Positions 22,539 through 32,257 of a stretch of DNA of 64,000 bases are shown here, one piece after another. A program made the position numbers and the translations under genes. This stretch comes from an uncultured Gemmatimonadales bacterium (GTDB lineage: Bacteria > Gemmatimonadota > Gemmatimonadetes > Gemmatimonadales > GWC2-71-9). Each line of letters opens with the position of its first letter. The first letter of the stretch is position 1. The stretch lies in contig CAWHFW010000005.1 of assembly GCA_963828735.1 (NCBI GenBank), positions 288,001 to 352,000 on the forward strand, in the 5' to 3' direction. Under the pieces are notes generated by a model. The model had not been told where the DNA came from, did no database searches, and worked only from the letters and a program-made list of their open reading frames with translations.

Positions 22539-23873
22539 ATGGCTTCAACGCCGCCAACCGCTCTCGCCACGCTTCCCAGTGCCTTCGCCGCCGCCTGCCG
22601 CCTCTCGCGTACCGAGGGAGAGCTGTTCGAGCGTTGCCGGGTGGCCCTGGTGCGCCGTTTTCAGAGCGAGTTGATCTGGCTGTCCCTGGTTTCCCCCACG
22701 GAGCACATGCCGCGGGTTGGCCCGGCCAAGGGCTTCGAGGACGCCCAGGAAGTCGCCCGTCTGAGCAGCGGGGAGACCGAGGTCCTGATCCACGCGGATC
22801 CGGGGGTGGCGGGAGAGATGCGGGCGGTCGCCATGCCGCTGGCACTCGGCCTCAGCGTCGTCCTCGAGCTTCGGAGCATTCTGCTCGAGCGGCAGGCCGC
22901 CCTCGATGACGCGGTCTTCCAGCTTCGCGCGCTCCGTCAGGTGGCGCGGCTCCTGTCGTCCGTCCACTCGATCGAGGATACCGAGCAGCTCATCCTCGAT
23001 TTCATGGCCGAGGTCTTCTTCGCCTGGTGGGCCTGTCTCTACCGTCCCGAGGGCGACGCCTACGCCCCCAAGGTCTTCCGCTCGCTCAATGACCGCCTGC
23101 GGCCCGCCCCGATGGACCGGGCCGCGCTGGACCGCGCGCTTCCACCCGGCAGCGCGGCGACGGGCGCCGACGACGTGGCGGTGGCCTCATTGCTCGGGCC
23201 GGGAGCGGAGCTGGTGGTACCGCTGGACGCGGGCGCGGAGCGGATGGCGGTACTGGTCCTCGGCTCCCGGATCAGCGACAAGCTCTACGGCCGCGCGGAG
23301 CTCGAGCTGGCCGGTACGCTCTCCTTCGCCGCGGCGATCGCGCTCAAGAACTCGGAGCTCGTCGAGCAGCTCCACAGCGCCGCGACCACCGACGAGCTGA
23401 CGGGGCTCTACAACCGGCGCGCGCTCGAGGAACGACTCGCGGCCGAAATTTCGCGCAGCCTCCGGCACCAGCTGCACACCAGCGTGCTGCTGCTCGACCT
23501 GGATCGCTTCAAGGTCATCAACGATACGATGGGCCACGCGGCGGGCGATCGGCTGCTCATCCTGGTGGCCAAGATCCTGCGGCAGCAATGCCGCGCGCTC
23601 GACGTCGTGGGCCGGCTGGGCGGCGACGAGTTCCTGGTCATTCTCCCGATGACCAAGCCGAGTGAGGCGCAGGTATTCGTCGGCCGCGTGCAGGCGAGCC
23701 TCCGTGACATGGAAAAGGGCAATCCGGAGTTCGGGTCCTGCACGCTCAGCATGGGCGTCGCCGAGTCGCCCCGGCATGGAACCACGGTGAGCAGCCTGCT
23801 CGCGGCCGCTGACAGCGCGCTCTACAAGGCCAAACGCGGCGGTCGGAATACCGTTGAGGTTGCGGACGACTAG
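22539..23873 (+). CDS. GAF-like sensor plus GGDEF diguanylate cyclase
   Basis: TDELTGLYNRR, DLDRFKVINDTMGH, RALD I-site, intact GGDEF. Confidence 0.93.
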   Translation: MASTPPTALATLPSAFAAACRLSRTEGELFERCRVALVRRFQSELIWLSLVSPTEHMPRVGPAKGFEDAQEVARLSSGETEVLIHADPGVAGEMRAVAMPLALGLSVVLELRSILLERQAALDDAVFQLRALRQVARLLSSVHSIEDTEQLILDFMAEVFFAWWACLYRPEGDAYAPKVFRSLNDRLRPAPMDRAALDRALPPGSAATGADDVAVASLLGPGAELVVPLDAGAERMAVLVLGSRISDKLYGRAELELAGTLSFAAAIALKNSELVEQLHSAATTDELTGLYNRRALEERLAAEISRSLRHQLHTSVLLLDLDRFKVINDTMGHAAGDRLLILVAKILRQQCRALDVVGRLGGDEFLVILPMTKPSEAQVFVGRVQASLRDMEKGNPEFGSCTLSMGVAESPRHGTTVSSLLAAADSALYKAKRGGRNTVEVADD

Positions 23874-23878
23874 CCGCG

Positions 23879-24424
23879 ATGCCCCTCGAAGCGTTCATCG
23901 TCCTCGGCGACGCTCTCTGGCTGGACTTCGTCAACACCGCCCGCGGCCGCACGGCCTTCCCTCCCGATCAACTCCCCGATCCTGACGCCTACGCCGCGTG
24001 GTGTGCCCGCCAGCAGGTGGCTGGCGCTGGCGGGGCAATCCCTTTCCCCCGAGTGCTCGCGTTCCGGGACCGGCTGAGCGAGCTGGCGGAGGCGCTGGCG
24101 GACCGGCGCCAGGTGCCCGGCGCCGCGATCGCAGCACTCAACGATCTCCTGGGCCGGAGCCCTGGCATCCAGCGGCTGACGCGGGTTCGCGGCGAGTGGC
24201 GGCTCCGCTTCGCGCCGGTCCGCGCGCCCGAGGCGCTGGAGGCGATCGCCCGCTCGGCGGCGGCGACGCTGGTCGACACGCGGCTCGCCGTCCGCCGTTG
24301 CGCGGCCGAGGGCTGCTCCCTGCTGTTCGCCGACAACTCGCCCACCGGTGTCCGGCGCTGGTGCGATCCCGCCACGTGCGGCCTCAACGGCCGAGTCGAG
24401 CGACGCCGCGGGCTCCGCCGATGA
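23879..24424 (+). CDS. ABATE / CGNR zinc-finger domain protein
   Basis: LDFVNT at the N-terminus; CAAEGC...RRWCDPATCG zinc finger. Confidence 0.88.
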   Translation: MPLEAFIVLGDALWLDFVNTARGRTAFPPDQLPDPDAYAAWCARQQVAGAGGAIPFPRVLAFRDRLSELAEALADRRQVPGAAIAALNDLLGRSPGIQRLTRVRGEWRLRFAPVRAPEALEAIARSAAATLVDTRLAVRRCAAEGCSLLFADNSPTGVRRWCDPATCGLNGRVERRRGLRR

Positions 24425-26175
24425 CCACGCCGAATCCGGTCGCTTCGTTCGACCGCACCCGCGCGGCGTTGGGCGACCGCTACCGGCTCGAGCGCATCGC
24501 GGCCGCCAACGCGGACCGGGTGCTGTTCGAAGCGTACGATGAGACGCTCAAGCGGCGCGTGAGCGTCCGGATCAACTTCTTCCGTGACGGCGCCATCCGC
24601 GCCTGGTTCCTCCGGGAGGCGGAGGCGCTCGGGCAGCTCGACCATCCCGCCATCCGGCACGTCTACGACGCGGGCGTCGTGGGCGATCTGGCGTACCGCA
24701 TCGGGAATTGGATCGAGGGGGAGGGCCTGGCCGATGCCGTGCATCGGGGACCGCGCATCATCCCCGCGGTCCTGTCTCTCGCGCGCGATCTGCTCGGCGC
24801 GCTCGATCACGCCCACCTCCAGGGCATCATCGTGCGCCGGATCTCTCCGGCCTCGGTCCTCGTCAGCGCGAGCGGTCGCGGGACCGTGACCGACCTTCGC
24901 TGGAGCAGCTACACGCTGCCGGCCATTCCGGCCGGCACCGCCCCCAGCATGCTGATGTTCATGGCCCCGGAGGTGCGCGGCGGCGCGGTGGGCGATCCCG
25001 CCTGCGACGTGTATACCGCCGGGGCGCTGCTCTACTTCGCGGTCACCGGCCAGGAGCCCCCGCTCGACGTGCGGCAGCTCCGGCGGCCCACCGAGCTCCG
25101 CCCGACGTGCCCCCGGGCCATCGAGCGCATCGTGATGCGCGCGCTCAAGCTCGCCCCGGATGATCGGTACCTGACGGCGGCGGAAATGCTGGAGGATCTG
25201 GCGTCGGACGCCGGAACGTTCGAGACCCGCGCGGCGGCGGTGGTGCAAGGGCCGATCACCGACTCGGAGGAGAGCACGCGGGTCGAGAAGTGGCTCCGCC
25301 GCGCGCTGGGCGACGACTACGAGCTGCTGTCGCTCCTCGGGCGCGGCGGGTTCGGCAGCGTGTATCGGGTGCGGGATCTCCATCTGGAGCGCGAGGTGGC
25401 CCTCAAGGTCCTGCACCCGGCGCTCACACAGGATCCCGAGGTGATCGAGCGGTTCCGGCGCGAGGCGCAGCTCGCCGCGGGTCTGAGCCACCCGAACATC
25501 GTGAACATCTACGACATCGCGGGGCGCTTCGGCCTCATCTGGTACACGATGGAGCTGGTCAACGGGCCCAGCCTTGCGCAGCTCGTGGAGCGTGACGGCC
25601 CTCTCTCGCTGGAGCAGGTACTCCGGCTGCTTCGGGAGGCGCTCTCCGCTCTGGCCCACGCGCATGGCTCGGGGCTGGTCCATCGGGACATCAAGCCGGA
25701 GAACATCCTGATCGACCCGACCGGGAGCGTGCAGATCACCGACTTCGGCCTCGCCCTCGCGCTCCGAGGAAAGTTCGGCGGGGCCACCAGCCAGAGTGGG
25801 ACGCCGCAGTTTGCGAGCCCCGAGCAACTGCTGGGAGAGCGCGTGGATCAGCGCTCCGACCTCTACAGCCTGGCCGCCGTCGCCTACTACGCGTTGCTCG
25901 GCATGCCGCCGTTTCCGGGCGCGACCACCGAGCAAGTCCTGGCGCGACAGACGACTAACCAGTTTCCGGCCCCACGTGAGCAGCGCGACGACGTGAGCGA
26001 GGCGTTCGAGCGCGTGCTCGATCGCGCGCTGAGCGCGGACGTGGAGAGTCGCTTTCCATCGGCGGCAGAATTCCTGCAGGCGGTCAACCGGGCGTCGGAG
26101 CCGGGGCACCGGGAGCCCGTCGCGGACTGGGCGCGGGCCGCCGCGCGGTGGCTCAGAGGGTCGCCTCTTGACTAA
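24421..26175 (+). CDS. Tandem Ser/Thr kinase: N-terminal pseudokinase plus C-terminal active Hanks kinase
   Basis: C-terminal domain has GRGGFG, VALK, HRDIKPEN, DFG, SPE; N-terminal domain keeps HPAI, APE and DVY but lacks the catalytic motifs. Confidence 0.9.
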   Translation: MTTPNPVASFDRTRAALGDRYRLERIAAANADRVLFEAYDETLKRRVSVRINFFRDGAIRAWFLREAEALGQLDHPAIRHVYDAGVVGDLAYRIGNWIEGEGLADAVHRGPRIIPAVLSLARDLLGALDHAHLQGIIVRRISPASVLVSASGRGTVTDLRWSSYTLPAIPAGTAPSMLMFMAPEVRGGAVGDPACDVYTAGALLYFAVTGQEPPLDVRQLRRPTELRPTCPRAIERIVMRALKLAPDDRYLTAAEMLEDLASDAGTFETRAAAVVQGPITDSEESTRVEKWLRRALGDDYELLSLLGRGGFGSVYRVRDLHLEREVALKVLHPALTQDPEVIERFRREAQLAAGLSHPNIVNIYDIAGRFGLIWYTMELVNGPSLAQLVERDGPLSLEQVLRLLREALSALAHAHGSGLVHRDIKPENILIDPTGSVQITDFGLALALRGKFGGATSQSGTPQFASPEQLLGERVDQRSDLYSLAAVAYYALLGMPPFPGATTEQVLARQTTNQFPAPREQRDDVSEAFERVLDRALSADVESRFPSAAEFLQAVNRASEPGHREPVADWARAAARWLRGSPLD

Positions 26176-26418
26176 ACGCAACCCCGCGACAGATTTATGC
26201 GCGCTTGGCCATGGCCAGGCCCGAACGGACCGCCGAAACAACACCCACCCTGGCGTTCGCGGCTAGGGTTTATCTCGTTCAAAATCAAGACTATAGCTGA
26301 CGAGCACGGCAGGTCGGCTACCCGCTTTGCATCACTCGGGATAGGCCCGAGCGTATGCAAACTCGGTGGACCACGCACGTGGTCCCCGACGCAGTCAAAC
26401 AAACATGGAGTAGGAGCA

Positions 26419-26631
26419 ATGGCTCGCACCCTAGGCACGGTGAAGTGGTTCAACGACGCGAAGGGCTTTGGTTTCATCACTCCGGAGAATGGGGACAAGG
26501 ACTGCTTTGTCCACCACACCGCCATCAAGGCAGAGGGCTTCCGCAGCCTTGCCGAGGGTGACCGGGTGGAGTTCGACATCGTGCAGGGTGCGAAGGGGCC
26601 TGCCGCTGAGAACGTGGTCAAGCTCAAGTAA
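26419..26631 (+). CDS. Cold-shock protein (CspA family)
   Basis: [33 protein letters not shown]. Confidence 0.96.
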   Translation: MARTLGTVKWFNDAKGFGFITPENGDKDCFVHHTAIKAEGFRSLAEGDRVEFDIVQGAKGPAAENVVKLK

Positions 26632-26649
26632 GCACGATCGACTGTAACT

Positions 26650-26685
26650 CAACGGGCCGCTCGACAGAGCGGCCCGTTGTTGTTT
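26650..26685 (+). terminator. Intrinsic terminator after the csp gene
   Basis: CAACGGGCCGCTC-GACA-GAGCGGCCCGTTG followed by TTGTTT. Confidence 0.8.
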
Positions 26686-26749
26686 CGGATGCCTCCATGG
26701 CGCCGGCGCCGGACCGTCAGCCGGTCGGGATCGGGCGCGTATTCCGGGG

Positions 26750-26968
26750 TCACTTGTGGCGATAGATCACCCGGCCGCGCGTCAAATCGTAGGGGGAGAG
26801 CACGACACTGACCCGGTCGCCTTCGAGCACCCGGATCTTGAACTTGCTCATCTTCCCGGCGGCGTACGCCAGGATCTCGTGACCGTTCTCGAGCATCACC
26901 CGGTAGTTCCGGTCGGGCAACACCTCGGTCACGACCCCTTCCATTTCGATCCCTTCTTCTTTGGCCAT
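26750..26968 (-). CDS. infA: Translation initiation factor IF-1
   Basis: [18 protein letters not shown]...[22 protein letters not shown]. Confidence 0.97.
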   Translation of the reverse strand: MAKEEGIEMEGVVTEVLPDRNYRVMLENGHEILAYAAGKMSKFKIRVLEGDRVSVVLSPYDLTRGRVIYRHK

Positions 26969-27184
26969 CCAGGCTCTCCTATAACGAGACAGGCAATCGG
27001 CGCCGCGGCACCGGGCTCGGCAGCGCCGGGCTCGGGGGAGGAATCTTGCGCCGAGGGGGCCGGGAAGCAACTCGTCGGGGGGTGGCGAGAGGCGGTTGGG
27101 ACAGGAGCTGAATGGCCGCGGAGGCTGGGATGGGTGGGTGGCCATCCCCCCCTCGGGCGGAACCTGGCAGCTCGCTCTCGGACC

Positions 27185-28900
27185 CTACGCCGCCGCCTGG
27201 AGTTGCGAACGGATCTGCTCGATCTGGTCCTCGACGAGCTGGACCAGCTCGCCGATCAGGCCGGCATCGAACGTGAGCTTCGCGCCGGCGGTGCGGTACA
27301 TGTCCGGCAGGCTCCGGACCGCGCCCAAGGCGAGCGCCTCCCGGTAGTGAGCCACCGCTCCGGCGTGATCCTTCAGGCTGTTACGCCAGATCTGGAGCGC
27401 GCCGAGCTGGGCGATGCCGTACTCGATGTAGTAGAACGGATACATGAAGATGTGCAGCTGCCGATACCAGCGAGCGATCCGCTCGGTTTCCAGGCCCGTC
27501 CAGTCCACCCCCCGCTCGAACCGGCTGCGAATGCGGAGCCATTCGTCGTCACGCGCCGCGGCATCGCCGCCGTTCGGATCGGTGTAGATCCACGTCTGGA
27601 ACGCATCCACCGAGGCGATGTGCACCAGGCTGAGCAGCACATCCTCCAGATGCTCGAGCCACGCGCCGCGGTGATCCTGCGCCGAGAAGTAGCCGGTGGG
27701 CTGGGCCAGATGCGGCGAGGCGAGCAGCTCCATGGACATGGAGGCCAGCTCTGCGGCTTCCGATCCGGGGTGGCGCTGCCAGATGAGCGGCTGCCGATGC
27801 GAAGCGAACGCGTGGAACGCGTGCCCCGCCTCGTGGAGAAGCGTCATCACATCGTCGACCAGCCCGACCGCGTTCATGAAGATGAACGGGCGCCCGCGGA
27901 AGTGGAGCGTCTCGCAGTAGCCACCCGGCGCCTTGCCCTTCCGACTGTCGAGATCCAGCAGCCGCTCGTCGATCATAGTCTGAAACTGACCGCCAAGGAG
28001 CGGGTCCACCCGATCGAAGACATGGCGGGCCGTCTTCACGAACTGCTCGACCGTTTCGAACGGCCGGAGCGGCGTGGCGCGGTAGGGATCGACGGCCAGG
28101 TCCCACGGCCGTAGCACGTCAAGCCCGAGGCGGCGCCGCCGTTGATCGAGCACGCGCGCCACCGCCGGCGTGACCTTCTCCTCCACCGCCTCGTGGAAGC
28201 GCTCGACGTCGTCCGGCGTATAGTCGAATCGGAACTTGGCGGGAAACACGTAGTCTCGATAGTTGGCGAACCCCGCGTTGCGCGCCGCCTGCTGGCGGAG
28301 ATAGAACATCCGGTCGAACAGCCCGGCCAGTGCGCCGTGCTCCTCGATATATGGCTGGGTGGAGGCCCGGAACGCGCGCTCGCGCACCGCCCGGTCCGGG
28401 CTCTTGAGGAAGGGCTGCAGCTGTGGCAGCGGCCGCTCGACGCCGTCCCATTCGACCGTCATCGACCCCGTGATGCGCTGGTACCGGGCGCTCAGCTCTT
28501 CCAGCTCCGAGAAGAGCGGGACGTTCGCCTCGCGGAAGATGTCGATCGACGTCCGGAACCGGGCCAGCGTGGTGACGAGCTCGGGCGTGCTGTGCTCCAG
28601 GGCGACGAAGCGCCGCGCGAGCTCGACGCTCCGCTCCTCCATTTTCGGCAGGATCTCGGTGGAGAAGCGAAGGTGGTCCTTCTCCTTCTCGGCATCCGAG
28701 GTGTCGATGGTATACGCGATCATCGCGAGCGCGGCGGCCTCGGTGACGAGCTCTTCCAGTCGCGACCACGCGAGGAGCCAGGCGTCAACGGTCGAGGCGT
28801 CGAGCGGCCGCTCGACGAGATCATCGAAGTAGGGGACGACGTCGTCCCAGGTAGCTTTGGCGAAGGCCGTTGGAGAAGCTGGCAATACCGACGCGGTCAC
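27185..28900 (-). CDS. M3 family oligoendopeptidase (PepF-like)
   Basis: KGKAPGGYC, HEAGHAFH, ELASMSME, PFYYIEY; GTG start after AGGAG. Confidence 0.92.
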   Translation of the reverse strand: MTASVLPASPTAFAKATWDDVVPYFDDLVERPLDASTVDAWLLAWSRLEELVTEAAALAMIAYTIDTSDAEKEKDHLRFSTEILPKMEERSVELARRFVALEHSTPELVTTLARFRTSIDIFREANVPLFSELEELSARYQRITGSMTVEWDGVERPLPQLQPFLKSPDRAVRERAFRASTQPYIEEHGALAGLFDRMFYLRQQAARNAGFANYRDYVFPAKFRFDYTPDDVERFHEAVEEKVTPAVARVLDQRRRRLGLDVLRPWDLAVDPYRATPLRPFETVEQFVKTARHVFDRVDPLLGGQFQTMIDERLLDLDSRKGKAPGGYCETLHFRGRPFIFMNAVGLVDDVMTLLHEAGHAFHAFASHRQPLIWQRHPGSEAAELASMSMELLASPHLAQPTGYFSAQDHRGAWLEHLEDVLLSLVHIASVDAFQTWIYTDPNGGDAAARDDEWLRIRSRFERGVDWTGLETERIARWYRQLHIFMYPFYYIEYGIAQLGALQIWRNSLKDHAGAVAHYREALALGAVRSLPDMYRTAGAKLTFDAGLIGELVQLVEDQIEQIRSQLQAAA

Positions 28901-29049
28901 GAGCGCTCCTGCGGTGGGCGGTCGAAGTGGTGCCGAGATATAACCGTGATCGCGCGAAGGCCACAATAGTTGCATCCGGGACCGCGGGAGGCGGCGGAAC
29001 GGCCAGGCGAAGAGCCCGGAACGCTCACGTCGGCCCGAGCGCGCGCGGC

Positions 29050-31017
29050 TCAGGCACGCTCGCTGCGGTCGTACCGATAGTAGAGGTACGCGAGCGAGAG
29101 CGCCACGAGCGCCAACAGGAACACCGAGCCGACGCGATAGAGCGCATCGAGCGAGGAGAGGTCGAAGAAGACCACCTTGAAGACCGCGAGCCCCGCCACG
29201 GCCAAGCCCGCCACGCGTGCAGGCTGCAGCGAGAGGCGAAATCCGACCGTGACCAGCGTGGCCGCGTACAGGAGCCACCAGGCGCTGACCGCGAGACCCG
29301 ACGCAAGGCTCGCCGTCTCGGCAGTCAGACTGCGAAGCTCGAAGAAGCGCCTGAGCTCCCCCGTCACGCCGAAGAGCGCCATGGCCCCGGCGGCCACCCA
29401 GAGGCCCGAGCGGATCAGGCGGGTATCCTCTCGCCCACCTTCCACCCGCCAGAGCCGCGCGGCGAATGCGAACGTCACGGCCACAGTGCCCCACAGCGCG
29501 AGCGGCCACGGCCCGACGAAGGCCTGGTCGTCCGCACCCCTGATGCCCGCGGCGCCATCGAACAGCTGCTGCGCCGCCGCGATCAGCGTCAGGAGGCCGT
29601 ACCAGCGGCCGTCGGTTCGGTCGAGCCGCCGATCGAGGAGCGCCCAGAGCCCCGCGAGTGCCAGGAGAGCCCAGACTTGCGGCACGCCATCCCAGCGCTG
29701 CACGGCGGACACGCCCAGGGCCGTCGCACCCACCGCGGCGAAGGCGGGTCGGGGCCGCAGGTACCCGGCGGCCAGGTACGGAACCGCCACGATCGCCGGC
29801 GCCAGCCACGGCCGCGCGTCGAAGAAGTGCGCGTCCAGGCCGTGCACGGCCCACCCGAGCAGGATCGGCGTGACGAAGAAGTACAGCGCTTCGCCGGCGG
29901 ACCAGCCCGGGCCCGCACCGCGCGGCCCGAGATGGAGTGGGCTGACCTGGGGCCGGCGGAGCCCATGCCACCACACCGGCGCCGTGAGCACCAGTCCGGC
30001 GATCAGCACCGCCCAATGCTGCGGAATCCGCTGCCCGGCCACGGCGAGCAACGTCCACCCGCCGCCGAACGTCAGCAGTCGAGTCTCCCACCAGCGCTCG
30101 CGCAGCCCCACATACAGGCCGGCGCTCCCGCCCACCAGGCCATACAGGAGCACCCCCCAGGGGTGGGCGTGATCCGCCGCCCCGATCGTTCCGACGCCGA
30201 AATAGCTGGCGGCGACGACCAGGGCGGCGAGGCGCCATTGCCGCCGGGCAGCCACCATGCCGAGACCCGCGGCCATGCAGAACAGATAGAGCAGCAGCAG
30301 GTCGGCATTGGCCTGGTTCCGACCCAGCAGGATCGGAGCGAAGAACGCGCCGAGCGCGGCGGTGACGCCGAGCGCCTCGACGTTGATCGCGTAGGCGATC
30401 ATGGCCAGGGCGGCCGAGACCAGCGCGAGTCCTACGATTCCGGAGGTCGAGGGCAGGACACCGTAGAGCTCGGACGCGGCCCAGATGGACAGGTAGATGA
30501 TGCCGGCACCAGTCCCGATGAGAGCGGCGCCGTAGGTGCGGTAGCGGGACTCGAGCCGCCACCCGAGCGCGCCGATGGCGAGCCCGGTGACCACGCCACC
30601 CACGCAGCGCAGGACCGGGGAGATCCAGCCCCGGTCGAAGCTGAGCTTCAGCAGGTAGCCAGCGGCCAGCAGCAGCGCGACGACGCCGATGCCCAGGAAC
30701 ACCCGTTGGCCTATCCACCGCTCCGAGTCGAGCGAGGGCGTGCGGGCGCCTTTGCGACCGGGTGCCGGGCGAGCGATGGGCTGCGGACGAGGGGGGGCGG
30801 CGGGCCGCGGGGGCGGCAGTTCCGCGCGGGGCGGCGGCTCTACAGGGGGCGAGGCTCCCGGCGGTGGCGCCGCCGTATCAACGGAACGCGCCGCCGGCGG
30901 TGCGACGGACGCCTCGGGCGCTCGCGGCGTCCCGCTTCCAGCGGCGAGCTGCCGGATCAGGGTCTCGAGCACGGCGACCCGCTGTTCGAGGCGGTCGAGC
31001 CGGTCTTCGCTGCTCAG
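29050..31017 (-). CDS. DUF2339 family polytopic membrane protein
   Basis: Pro-rich linker, ERWIG...IGVVALLLAAGYLLK, C-terminal KVVFFDLSSLDALYRVGS. Start proposed at CTG 31017; the ORF track starts at 30972. Confidence 0.82.
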   Translation of the reverse strand: MSSEDRLDRLEQRVAVLETLIRQLAAGSGTPRAPEASVAPPAARSVDTAAPPPGASPPVEPPPRAELPPPRPAAPPRPQPIARPAPGRKGARTPSLDSERWIGQRVFLGIGVVALLLAAGYLLKLSFDRGWISPVLRCVGGVVTGLAIGALGWRLESRYRTYGAALIGTGAGIIYLSIWAASELYGVLPSTSGIVGLALVSAALAMIAYAINVEALGVTAALGAFFAPILLGRNQANADLLLLYLFCMAAGLGMVAARRQWRLAALVVAASYFGVGTIGAADHAHPWGVLLYGLVGGSAGLYVGLRERWWETRLLTFGGGWTLLAVAGQRIPQHWAVLIAGLVLTAPVWWHGLRRPQVSPLHLGPRGAGPGWSAGEALYFFVTPILLGWAVHGLDAHFFDARPWLAPAIVAVPYLAAGYLRPRPAFAAVGATALGVSAVQRWDGVPQVWALLALAGLWALLDRRLDRTDGRWYGLLTLIAAAQQLFDGAAGIRGADDQAFVGPWPLALWGTVAVTFAFAARLWRVEGGREDTRLIRSGLWVAAGAMALFGVTGELRRFFELRSLTAETASLASGLAVSAWWLLYAATLVTVGFRLSLQPARVAGLAVAGLAVFKVVFFDLSSLDALYRVGSVFLLALVALSLAYLYYRYDRSERA

Positions 31018-31027
31018 AAGCGTTCCG

Positions 31028-32257
31028 TCATGTCGCGCGCGCCTCCTCCGGGGTCGATGCGGCTACCTGTGGGTCCCTGGGAACCTGCAACATGAGAACG
31101 GCAGCGACGGTGACGATGCCGCCGGCCACGAAGAACGGCCAGTCGTGCCCGAGTCGCTGGTAGATGGTCGTGGCCGCCAGCGGCGCGACCACACGAGCGA
31201 GCCCGGCGAACGTCTGGGCGACGCCCATCGTCGTCCCCAGCTCGCTCGCGTCCGAGTAGCGGGACATGAGCGAGGTCGTCGCCGGGAACAGCAGCGCCGT
31301 GCCAATCGGAACCAGGGGGATGACGGCCGCCAGGGGCCAGAGACTCTCTGGAATAGGATACAGCCACAGGCCCACGGCGAGAAGCAGAGCCCCCAATCGC
31401 ATGGTCCAGCGCTCCCCGAGCCGGTCCACGATGGGGCCAAGGAGGAGGCTCCGCATGACAAGGGACAGGACCCCCACATAGGCGAAGATCCACCCGATCG
31501 TCTTCTCCGTCAGGCCGAACTCCGCCGCGAGATAGAGCGCCAGCACCGAGGTCATCGCCGAGAAAGCCACCATCCCGATCCCGTAGATCCAGATCAGGCG
31601 CGAGACCAGGTTGCCCGGGTGGCGCACCACGAGCCACGCCGGGTGCCAGATGGGTCGGCGCGGGCCCTCCTTCCGAGCCGTGGCCGGCCGCGATTCCGCG
31701 AGCCACCGCCACGCAAAGGCCACGTTGATGAGACACAGCGCGGACGCGACGAGGCCCGGCGCCGCCGGCCCCAGGTTGAACGCGAACGAGCCGATCGCCG
31801 GCCCGAGAATGACGCCCGCTGCCGTCGCCGATGAAAGCCAGCCCAGTGCTCGCGCCCGGTCCTTGGGCTCGACGGTGTCCGCCACATACGCCTGGGCCAC
31901 GCCGGTCGTGCCACCACCGGCGCCCTGCACGATGCGTGAGATGAACAGCAGCCACACCGCGTCGGCGACGCTGAACACCGCGAACGCGATCGCCGACGCG
32001 CCGAGTCCGATCAGCAGCGCCGGGCGCCGGCCATAGCGGTCCGACACCCGCCCCCAGAGCGGCGCGGAGAGGAGCTGCGCGATCGAGAACGAGGCGATCA
32101 GCCGCCCCACCGTTTCCGGCGTGGCATGCAGGCGGATGGCGTAGAACGGCAGCAAGGGGAGGATGATCATGAAGCCGATCGCGTCCACGAAACAGACGAA
32201 GATCAGCACCGCGAGTCGCCGGAGGCGCGCGCGGTTTCCGTTCGGCGGTGGAGTCAT
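31028..32257 (-). CDS. MFS transporter (TetA-like DHA1)
   Basis: GRVSDRYGRRP motif A, GPAIG, about 12 TM segments. Confidence 0.92.
   Translation of the reverse strand: MTPPPNGNRARLRRLAVLIFVCFVDAIGFMIILPLLPFYAIRLHATPETVGRLIASFSIAQLLSAPLWGRVSDRYGRRPALLIGLGASAIAFAVFSVADAVWLLFISRIVQGAGGGTTGVAQAYVADTVEPKDRARALGWLSSATAAGVILGPAIGSFAFNLGPAAPGLVASALCLINVAFAWRWLAESRPATARKEGPRRPIWHPAWLVVRHPGNLVSRLIWIYGIGMVAFSAMTSVLALYLAAEFGLTEKTIGWIFAYVGVLSLVMRSLLLGPIVDRLGERWTMRLGALLLAVGLWLYPIPESLWPLAAVIPLVPIGTALLFPATTSLMSRYSDASELGTTMGVAQTFAGLARVVAPLAATTIYQRLGHDWPFFVAGGIVTVAAVLMLQVPRDPQVAASTPEEARAT

Noticed and set aside
27185..30718. 1177-aa ORF, and similarly 31028-34030, 53108-56044 and other long antisense or shadow ORFs
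   Set aside because: These are stop-poor frames typical of about 70% GC DNA; only the parts matching known families with proper starts are supported.
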